From Eledone cirrhosa (taxonomy: Eukaryota), in NCBI GenBank assembly GCA_964016885.1, contig OZ024758.1:10168001-10232000 (forward strand): a stretch of 64,000 nt of DNA. The letters are read 5' to 3'. The notes beneath the pieces are model-generated. The model saw nothing but the letters and a program-made list of their open reading frames with translations, was not told the origin of the DNA and did not search any database. Both the position numbers and the translations under genes were made by a program. Of this stretch, positions 25,601 through 37,600 are shown in pieces (within the stretch, counting starts at the first letter, position 1; the number at the start of each line of letters is the position of its first letter).

Positions 25601-28600
25601 TGACTTACCTGTTAGATTTGTTACAAAAAATATCGAACAATGACCTAGATGTTGACTTCTAACAATTTTAGCACATTTCCGAACAGGCGAATCAATTTAA
25701 AATGCAGGTATAATCAGTACACGGTTTTAGTCTCTACATTTCATGCAAATATTTTCATGGAAAAAAAATGTATAAAACCCTTTCACCAGTCAAAATAATA
25801 TTGGCAATGGACTCAGTAGATTTTAAAAGAATATGTTCATTAACAGGTGTGTCACATGTGAATGCAGGTGTTTTTGTATCTAATGTGTTCCAAGATATTT
25901 TTTTCAATATTGTCAGACAATATTTCTAACATGATATTGGCACTTTGCAAAAGGAACACATAAACGGGGTTTCAATTGGATAACCTTTAGCAGTTTTCTC
26001 TTTTGCAAAGAGCACATTTGGCAAACCTTCTTCCATCAATATTTTCTTTGTTCACCTCAGATACTTTTGACTTTCTCCCAGCTTTGTGTTTTGCGAGAAG
26101 TATACCCTCCACGTAGCTGAGATGCGACGTCCACACAAAATTTCATGTGGCAGTAGCCCTTTGGTGGTGGCGGATCCTTGTGGCTTTTAGTGAATACAAT
26201 AAAAGAATTCACAATGGTTAAATTCACTAAAAACTACAAGATATATCTCCACCATTTCTTTCCAGGACGTCCAACTGGGTAATACGCACAATATTTGTCA
26301 ATCCTGCCCATATATTTATTATAGGAGAGGTTGACTAAAGGTTTACCTTCAGCCCCAACTCCTGGTTGTTGGTTAGAAGATAGGAACAAAATTTGGCTTT
26401 TGTCTTTGTACAATATGGCTAACATGTTCCCTTTTTGCACTTGGAAAATATCCCCTCTCTTTTTAAATTTTGTGACTTATTTCTTGGGGTAGCCCTTTGC
26501 GATTCCCCATTATTGTACCGCAGGTGTATGTATTTACAAGGGCAAGATCCTCTGCGAGAAGCACTGAAGAAAAAAATGGCCAAAATATGTGTCTGTTGAG
26601 AGTGGAAGGGTTCAGTCAGAGACCACACAACATCGTACTCCAATCTATTTTTTGTCTCTCCGTTGTTTCTTTCCTGTGTAAACATCAAAGTTTGCACAGT
26701 AGCCCGTGTCCGATTCAGAGTTCCCACACCTTGATGCCCCATTTTGCGGGTTTAGCTGGCATATATTGTCTGAAATGTACTCTACCCTTATACCCAATCA
26801 TAGCTTCATCAACACTAAGATTTTTCCCAGGTATATATACTGTTCTAAATTTTTCAGATAGCATTTTAATTAATGGTTGAACTTTATACAGAGGGTCATA
26901 ATTCAGTTCATTTCTACCAGGGGCATTTGAAGTATCAACCAGGTGCAAATACTGGTTTAATTTTAAATACCTTGTTTTTGCCATAATACTTGATATATAA
27001 GGGCCATATATTAGTGCTCCAGTAATTCCAGTCTTGGGAATTGTTTTATACCAAACATAGTATTTATGGTAAAAAACGCTTGCATCTCCGCAGCATCTGT
27101 CGGTCACCATAACAGATTGGGTTTTCCTCGATTTGAAATCTGTTGTTGGGTATATCAATTAGTCTCTTCTGCCACAACTTCGAAGAAAGTTTGTGGCAAA
27201 AACAAAAAGAAATAATCCAGTGCTTTAACATCGGAAGGTAATGTGTGTTGTGGACCGGTATTTTTAATAAAATCGGGAACATGTATAGGTGTGGTATTTC
27301 TCGACCACATTGCTGTAATATCTTCAATGGCGTCCTGGAGATCTTCGTTTTTACTTTCAAAACAACAGTCATCGTTGGATGAAATTTCAGAAATGTAAAC
27401 ATCTGATTCATTTGAAGATAAGTCACTAATATCTTTTGTTTCTTGTTCATTCTGAATGTCTTCGTGCGTAAAACCTTCAAAGTCGGTATTGCTACTTTCA
27501 TACACACAAAATCTGTTCTACTTTCGACATTAAATAAATCATGTGTTGTTTCAAGTAGTTTCACTATGTTAAGTGTTAATTTTCGCGGTATGGGCCTAAT
27601 CTTGCAGTAATCTCGAATTGACAGTATTGTTTATTTTTAGAACAATATTTTAGTGTGGGTGTTATTAGCTGTTTTTGGCCGGTTTGAACAAATGAAGGGG
27701 AAATAATTGTGGCTGGTTTCGGCACTATATCATACCAACAAGGATTTAAAAAGCAGAGACATGATTGGTTGATGGCTAGAAACCTGGAATTAAATGCTTA
27801 GAACAACATAAAGAAATTTGGGAAGATGTGTCAGGAGTTAATGCCTGTAAAAATTTGGAGATGAATAAAAGAGCAAGCAAAAGTACAAGACAGGGTTAGG
27901 GTTAGTTATAAACCATATTAATTAGAGAAAATGAGAGTAGGCTGGGTATGTGGCATGAACAATTGACAGCAGATAGACAAAATGTATGGAATTGACATGA
28001 AGGCAGGAAGAGATGGGGGTTACAAGGAAGAAAATGGCACAGGATAGAAACATCCTATAGGGGAGGCCTCTGAGAACAATCAAGATGTGGCTGTAATTTG
28101 GGGGATTGAGTGACCACATAGACTGGTTGGCTGAAACATGTTGACAATGGTGGTGGTATGTGGTTAATGTTTAACCCTTTAGCATTTACATTACTCCATA
28201 TTTATTATTGTATTTTTGTGGTAAAGGTTTTATCTCATATGGAATCTGAGATTTTGATATTTATTTTGAGAAAAATACCTTATCAGTATGAGCAACCGGT
28301 TGGAACAGAAAGAGGTGAATTCTGGTCAGTTTAAATGCTAAAAGTTTAATGAGTGTAAAATCTGAAAATTGTTTCTTTTCTTTTCTTTGTTACTTATTCT
28401 GTTTCGATCAGTTCTAATAAACACATCCTGTACTTGTGCCAGCTATTTTCATCACATAACATACCAAGTTTTCTTTCCTTTATATCTAAATCTCACCTTT
28501 TGTTGTTGAGTTTCAGCAATCTATATCGCCCAATTGGATTGGGGATGTTTGTATATATAGTATTGATATTGTTTCATAATCTCAAGGATTAAAGCAAAAT

Positions 28601-31600
28601 CTTGTCAGAAAAATGACCCTAGTTTTATCTTGATTATAGAATGTATATGCTTAGTACAAAAACATGAATAATGAATAAATATCCAAGTTGATCAAATCTT
28701 CAAAATGTTGTTGACCATTTTCTTATATTTTTAATGGTTGTATTTCAATTAATTAATGAAAAACCCTTTGTCATTTACTTTATATATACACTATTATATT
28801 TTCATGGTAAAGTCTTTACCTTACATAATTATTTCACATAATATTGAATCTATGACATTATGATATTATTTATTTTGAGAACAATACTTAACATCAGTTT
28901 GAGTGGCTGGTTACAGCTGATTTGAACAGAAAAAGGTGAGAGAATTCTGGCTGGATAAAATGTTAAAAGGATATAGTATAAGTTTTAGGTTTTAATATAA
29001 AATAAAATTGTTAGGTTTTAAGTTAGAATGGATGGTTTTATTTCATAGAATCAGAGCCTGCTTGGTATCAAAATTAAAACACCTAATGTTTGATGTGAGT
29101 ATTGGTTTCATATCTTTTATACTTGTATATAAGTGGTTATATTATTTGGCTTCAGCTCTCACCCATTTGTAAGTCGTATATTGTAAAAACGTGTAACTTA
29201 ATGGTTAGGTTTTGGTCTCTTCTCAGGTTGGTTCCTGAACTGGATTTTACGTTGTCTTGCATATGATGCTTTATTTCATGTGGCTTTTCATGGTATCATT
29301 AAAACACCCAAGAAATGCCATAAGATGCTGTAAATGTCATTGCATTTTTTAAAAATCATATATAGCTTCTGATAAAAATAGTTTACAACTTTGCTTTCAC
29401 AATTGTGTCAGGAAAAAAATATGCTAAAATAATCCTCCATTACCAATATAATTGAGCAAAGTCCTCAAACTAGAGCTATATATGAATTTTTGCCTAGAAC
29501 AAACATTAACTGATGATTTTTAAATCACTACTCTTGACTGATTATATATGCAGTACTACAGAGTTTTGGAAAGCATGTCATCATCATCATTGTTTAACGT
29601 CCATTTTTCCACACTTGCATGGGTTAGACTAGCCAGATCAGATAATTGTGTCTTGCTCAAATAGAACTGATTTTGCTTTGGTGTCTCCGACTGGGTGCCC
29701 TTCCTAATGCCAACTATATTTACAGTATGTACTGGGTGCTTTTTATCTTGGCACCAGTGTGTGCTGCATATTATCACATGTGCGTTTGTTCAAGCAGTCA
29801 CTGTCATTAACGTATGTTTGTTTACAGCCCCTACCCCCCTCGTATTCGTATAGACTAAATACTTATATGGCCAACCTGTCCTATATTTGCATGTGTGTGT
29901 TATGTGATACAAATTTTAAATCCTCAGTAATGTTCGGTAGGTAAGTCGCAAGTAGTTTTTCACACTTGTGTAAAAAAAAACAAAAAACCTGCAATTCATA
30001 GCTATATGGGATATACTTTTGAGATAGCTTGCTTAAACTACAGTCCCCTTACTTAGTGTTTTTAATTTTTAATATGAAACTGCCTAAAATATCCCCTGGT
30101 TCTATGATACGAAACTTTATATTTATCTAAAAATCTTCAATTATCATTTTAAGTAAGAACCTTTTAAGTTTTACCATAAACACCAGCTTAGCGAGAAAGT
30201 TATATTACTAAATCTCTTACAAATATCTTTAAAATGATTTAAATTTAGAGGTAGTGTATTTCATTAGAAATATGGTAACTACAGGGTTAATATTTCCTGT
30301 CAGTTCTTGTTAATTGGTAAACATTTAGTAGCGGTTTGAGAAATGGCTTGTAAAAGTTTTATCGTGTAGTTTAAGTATAGAATGGAAAATGCTATATCCA
30401 CAATTATTAGCTGTGGAATTTCTTTTTTCATATTTATTTCATTTTAATATATCTTTTGAGGTTTTCTTTTCATTACATTTAAATTATTTTATAATAGTTT
30501 CCTAATTATCAGTCTTCAATTTTAATTTCTTTTGTTTGTGTCATTTAAATGTTTTCCAATCTATCGTGTATTTTGAATATTTGATTTTCATTAACTGACA
30601 ACATTACTAAAATAATCTATTAGATCTTATCAATATTTGCTTTATGAAATGACTATTGTTAAACAGCTGTTACTCCATTATGTACCTCCATTATGGATAT
30701 TGTGGATGTGTTGCTTTCAAGGATTACTAGTTCAAGTTTACATACATGTTATAGAGATAATGGATTGTTTTCAGTAAAATCGTTTTAGGAAATTTATATC
30801 ATTATAAGGTCATTAATTTTATTCCCTGTTATTCCTGGCTTTTTAGAAACAAATATCTTTCTATTTGCATTCTTCTTCTCCTTATTAGAAGGCAGCACAT
30901 ATAATCTATAACAGCTTTAATTATCTTGTTTTGAATATTACTCAATTGTTTATTATTTAAAGTTAGAATTATATTTTGTCTCCTTATGAAGCATGATAGC
31001 AATCAGCAGTTGGGACTCCTTGCTTAATGCCTGCTTCTTCCCTCCATTGCTGTGACTGCTGCAGTTAGGCTGCTAGTCATACTCCTGCTACTTTGCTACT
31101 TCAGTTAAAGCAGTGGACCTATGTTCATACTTAGTACATAAACTATGGCTGCTTCTGCTTCAATATTTTACACTATATGATGCTGTTCTGCAGTTAATAT
31201 TTTACTTTTAACAACACTAGCTTTAATTAGTACATTTCAAATTTTAATGATCATTAATGTTGAAACAGCAAATTACTAAATTATTTTGATGATATAACCA
31301 CTTGGTGAATTTTTCGATAACATATGTTTTACTCGGAATGTGTGTACTTTTTACCTAGCAAGCACAATTAGATCTTAGTGAAAGTGTTGCTATGAGACAA
31401 GTCTGAACCTTGATTGCTAATTGAAACTAGATGATCCCTGGTGATGTTTACTATTATTCAGCCAATTCGTGTGTTTTATGTGTTCAAAGAAAACAAAAGG
31501 TATGTTGCTAATTAGAATATTGGTTCTAGTTTAATACGTTGCACTTGGCCAGCAACATATGTTCTTTCAAATGTTTTCAAATATTTGTTTTCATTCATTT

Positions 31601-34600
31601 AGAAACGAGAAATTATTTTTCTGTAGTTAAAAAAATATTTTCAGTTATTTTTAATTTAAATTAATATAGAATCAGTGTTTATAAAATTACAATTTTTTTT
31701 CTCAGTAAAACTTTATAACGAATTTGTATTTGTTAATTGCAATCAAATTCAATATCCACCTACATATTTTTATCAATAGTTTATTGTGAAATCTATTAAA
31801 AAAAAAATGTGAGGGTAAAATAGAAATGTAATGTCTGTTATTGTACATTTGGTCATAAATAATTTTCAACATGGACATAAGATATGTAGAAGTGGTCATG
31901 AATAAATATTTTAAATTGATTTTTTTTTTTAGAAGTGGTCATGAATAAATATTTTAAATTGATTTAAATTAAAAAGCTTTTGTTTTCATGGTTTCTTCTG
32001 TTTTTGAGATAATTTTTAGACACCATCTGCTAGTTATAAACAGTATAAGCATGTTATTGGGAAGATGGATGGCCAAACTAGGACACTGGACAAATTGCTT
32101 TGATGTATTAGATTACAACTTTTTAACATGCTTTGACAAAAAAAGGGTACTAGACCATGTGATGGAGTTGGATTGGCAGAATTGGTGGGTGTCGGACATA
32201 ATACCCTTGTGGTATTTCTAAGTTCAAATCCCGCTGAGGTCAACTTTGCCTTTCATCCTTTTGAGATCGACATAATCAACTTTATCCAAATTGCTGGCCA
32301 TGTGCTTAAATTATAAGGATGGTGGATTGCAGTCAGTGTAAGACAATTGCTTAGCACTATTTACATTCTGAGTTCAAATCCTGCTGAGGTCAACTTTGTC
32401 TTTCATCCTTCTGGGGTGTATATGTAGACTTTCCTGCTCCACAAAAATGGCTAGCCTTGTGTCTGAATTAGAAAATATAATTCTTATTAGTAGTAGTAGT
32501 AGTAGTAGTAGCAGTAGACCTGTGTGTGTAACCACATGCTGAATTTTGGAATTCGTGTCATATTCCATATTCTCCTTGTGGATTAAAAAAAAAATGTTCA
32601 ATGTAGGAATATAGCGGTTGCTAATGAGATTTCAACCAAGAGAACTTGTTATACATTTCTAAATCATTGGAATAATAATAAAAATAATCCTACTTTAATT
32701 TATATGGGGGGGGGATTATAATTTAATTTTAAGAATTGTTATTTTATTAAATCACATTTGGGATGTTGAAATAGTGTGATAGGGGAAATGGTTGACTGTT
32801 TCCGCAACATAAGAATTTTCCCTCTGCTGGTTTTTTAGGGATAATTAATTTAAAAAAAAATACAAAAAATAACAAGGGGAGGGGCAAAGATTAAGATTGA
32901 AATTGAGATGCAATGAAAAGTTTGTTCTTTAAGTATTGCACAAGTTTCTCCTTTTCTACTGGTAATTGTTTTATTTTCTTAACGATATTAGTATAAGATA
33001 AATAAAAATTGTTCCAGTTATGCCAGTATTGAAAGATTGTACATTGTAGTATAGTTATTTTTTGTTTTAATTTTCATACTTATTTGTTTTTCCTTGCAAC
33101 TTGCTTCCATGGGTTACATTTCTTTTAATAGTGTGTGGGTGGGGAGTGGGCTGGAGGATATATATTCATAATTTTATTAAAATTGATAGCATCTCTATCA
33201 CTAAAGTTAGTAAATAAATTTGCTGTTAAACCCTGTCTCTTGTTTAAAATATTGATAGCTGGTCTCTTATGAAGTTGCATCTCCTAGGTGGTTTTTCTGG
33301 TGTTTTAATGATAGTGCCCCCCAATCCTATCATGAAAAGCAATGTGGGATAAAACGTTTTGTTCAGATACAATGTGTTGTGCTGTCCAACACGTTTTCAC
33401 AATCTTATATTTAACTCTTTTTTTTTTTTTCCCTCCGGCATAATGTTTTATTTAACTGAATAAGCTATTTTAAAACCCTTTGTCTATCATATTTCTACCA
33501 TTTGTTGACATAAATCTGAAATTATTAAGATGTATCATTAATATTTTGCACGTGCACTTTGATTTGTTATCAGTAGCCTGTAAGTAGAATAATGTATTGG
33601 TATGTTAATAATGTTAGAACCAAGAGCCTCTCTTTTAAATCTTAATGAAATACTTCCTCTGTAAATTTCAAGGGGTATACAGTTTTAGTATAACAGGTGT
33701 TTGGTATTGGATTCAGAATGCTATTTGCAATACTGACCATTTGCTTTTACAGGTATTTTCTCTGACTAAATCAATAGACATTTCACTTTTGTTTAATGAA
33801 TATTCAGTTGTCTATCAAATTATTATCAAGTTTAATCCTAAAAGGGTTTTGTGAAATTTATGTGAGAGTCATTAATATGTCGGTTATAATTAGGCATTTT
33901 ATGTTGAAAATCATCGGTAAAAAAAAATCTTCTGCAATGCAGAAATCTGTCAGTGTTGTTTCCCTTTCAGCAAACTAATGTATCTTACATTTTCTCTTTT
34001 GCTATATTGCCATTTACTTGCACATCACTAATCTACTCAAATTCTAATGAATACATTCTACAAATAATTATCGTTTGCCAAAGCAATCAAGTGTGTTCCT
34101 AGGCAGTTTATTTTAAGGTAGTGGTGCAGTATCCACATAATGATTTTAGCAACTTCTTTATGGTTAGGCCTTATAAATATGCCAGAAGCATGTTGCAACT
34201 GTGCAGCATAAGATTTAGCACAGATAGAAAGACTGAAATATGATATCCTTCTTATGCAGCTAAATTGAGTGCTAAAAGCATTAGTGTATGCAATGCGAGT
34301 GCAGCGGTTTGCATTTGTAGTTTAGAATGGTTAATTTGTATTGTAATGACATTGAACTAATGGAATTTATAAATTGCTGAAGCAACTGGTATAACTGCAA
34401 ATTTAATCTGTAATTTCGTCATACCTACATAAACTTGTATGAAGTTTAATATATATGTCACTATTTTGACAAGTAATATTCTTTTTCATAAACTTAGTTG
34501 CACTTAAAAACAAAATCTCTGTAATGTAGTAATATAAATCCTTTCTACATGCAAAGTTAAAACAGGAATATTGAGTTTTTGTAGTTTTTATAATACTACC

Positions 34601-37600
34601 AGTGGTACATAGTGCTGGATATGTAGAAATTATTTTTAAAACTTAAATACTAAAGCAAATATTAATGAAGTTTGTTACATTACACGTTAACAAATTTATA
34701 CTTAGTTTCGGTGAAGCCAGCTCACAATTACTAATGCATGCATAAAATAAGACTTAGTGTATATAGTTGAATATAAGCCAAGGAATAATATGACCAAAAT
34801 ATCGATGGTTTGGGGGGACTTACATTGGGGGTCAATATTTTGACAATTTTCTCCAACTTCAAATTCTACGTAAATAAGGTTTGGATTTTTGCTCATTTTT
34901 CAGACATAAAATAGTGGGATTGGCTTATATTTGAGTAAATACAGTACATAGACCTTTTAAATGCACATCTATACATGTACCTCACAAAGAGACAAGATCA
35001 GAAGTACATAGAAAAATCACACAAACACATGCATACATAATGCACATATATGAATTTCAACACTTAAACATCCACATAGAAATGTGTAATTGGAGGTGGT
35101 GACTGGCAGAATTGTTAAAACTTTACAATATTTGTTCTGACTCCAATGTGACCTACTTGAAAGGTAGACTTAATCTATTATCTGCTTTAATGCTTTCATC
35201 TGCCCCTTTAGTGGAGTCCACTTTGTTGTAAGCATTCCAGCAAGCTCTTTGGTTTAAAGATACCTTCCTCCTTCTTTTCCACTAATAGACATTGGTGGAA
35301 AAGATGGTGTGTAAGAGAGAATGAAAGAAGATAGGGATGATTAGAGAGAAACATTTTGATGTTACAAATAGCAAAACATTTTAGAATAATACTAACATTC
35401 CTTCTCCACATCTTTGTCACCTTTCTGCTCCCCGCTCCCTCGTCTCACAGAATCATTATTGTGGAAGAGATGTTAATTATTGAGAAATGATGTTCTCAAA
35501 ACAAACTTTTGTACTTATCTAGATTTAACTGTCTATTTATTAAATTATAGTGAAGCAAATATTTTTCATTTGCACAATCATTCAACTGTAAAAATTTGTT
35601 TAACAGTATCTTATAAACAATTGTTTAACCCTTAAGCATTCACATTACTATATATATACTATTATATTTTCATGGTAAAGGCTTTACCTCGCATAATTAT
35701 CTCACATAATATCGAATCTATGAGATTTTGAAAGTATTTATTTTGAGAACAATACCTTAACATCAGTTTGAGTGACCGGTTACAGCCAGTTTCAACAGAA
35801 AGAGGTAGAGAATCCGGTTTGAACATTAAATAATCTATGCACATGTTGATTTTTTGCTATTTATACCTCAAATTTTCTCTAGTTTTGACACATTTAACAC
35901 TAGCTGGTTTAACTATTCTGATTTAAAAAAATTTTATTTTGAAATTGAAGGAACACCTATTTTAATCATATCTTTTGCATGTTCCAGCCAATTGAGGTTT
36001 CTTAGAGATATATTATATTATTAATATTACTTGGATTATTTTTAGTGCAGGTAAAAAAAAATCTGATTTATTTGCAAGTAAGTTGCAACCATTATCTCAC
36101 ACTGCAACTTGATTTTTGTCCAAGTACACCACCAAAAGGCACTTTGTAGGCATTGCTGTGTGCTTAAGTTTACTTTACAATTACACGGTTCCTGGTTTGA
36201 TTTTACTGTCTATTAATGCCTTGGGTTAACTGGTACCATGTGAGGGGAATTTGGGTGGTTGAAACTGAAATCCTGTCATGTTCTTTTAATGGTTTCAGTC
36301 ATTAGACTGTAGACATGCTGGGGCACCCCTTTGTATCCTTCTAATGATCCAGAAATTCTGTGAACCAGTAGTTGGAAAATTTATTGTTTACAATTTGCAA
36401 GAAAACTAAAACTCAATATTGCACGATTGAACTTATTAGGTTCATCTTTGTAAGCAAGGATTTTAATATTTTATTTTATTAGAAAACATTACTCCATATT
36501 TCTATAACATTGATTATTGTAAATCTGTTCTCTTGCGTGAAGTATTTAGGTTTAGCAATTGTGTATGTGTCACGACAAAAAGTACCCAGCACACACTGTA
36601 AATATGGTTGGCATTAGGAAGGGCATCCAGCCATAGAAAACCAGTCCCAAAACACCAGCCTACACTGCAAAGTGGATGTGTAAAAGACATGGCAAAAAGC
36701 ATCCAGCACACACTGTCAGTGTGGTTGGCATTAGGAAGGGCATCCAGCTGTAGAAAACCAGCCAGAAAACCTATATGAATGAGACAGTCACCTAACCAAA
36801 CTTGCCTCTAAATGGGACAAACCCATCTAACCCATGCTAGTGTGGATGATGATCTTGAATCTGCATTTTTTAAACCACTCCAAAATTAATTTTTCGTAAT
36901 TTATTTGTGAATGTCCCAAATATCTATAAATATATATATATTTTGCCATATATTTTTGTAGGTCACTCAGAAGAGCGCTGGATTAAACCCTAATGCAACT
37001 GTGTTTTTAAGTAAACAGGACTTACATCAGTGGAATGATATTAGTACTGACGGTGAGTATTGTTTTTAAATATTTAAACAGATTGTCTTTTTAGATATTT
37101 AGATGACTTCAGTTACAATATATGAGAATTTTTTTTATGATGTCAAAAAAAGAAAAAGAAAAAAGGTGCCATTTTAAACTTAACCCCTTTCGATAGTAAG
37201 CTGCCTGATTTGAAAATCACATGCAGTGTCTTTCATTAGAAATATGGCATTTTATTTTTAATTTCCCATTCCAATTTCAAATGGATATTTCTAAGCTTTT
37301 TTGTTAGAAGTTGGAAATGATTTAACCCTATTGTTAGTGAGAAAGGCACTGTCTTTAATTTTCAATGAATTTTGAACACTATCAGGATCTTGTAGCAAAA
37401 CTTAAGTTCTTATATAAAATTGTGATGGAAGGTTTTTAGATAAATATTTTAATTATAGAACCAGGGCAGTTTCAGACAGTTTGGTATCAAAGGATTAATC
37501 TACTATACTGGTGAAAAATTATTCTAGCTGAAGGAATCTTAAATAGAACTGTTTTTAAGATAGATCAAAAGACACTATATTTCTTGGAAAGATTTACTTA

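Noticed and set aside
36555-36760. Regularly spaced direct repeats resembling a CRISPR array
   Set aside because: Eukaryotic context; these are internal duplications of the RTE-tail repeat, with no cas genes
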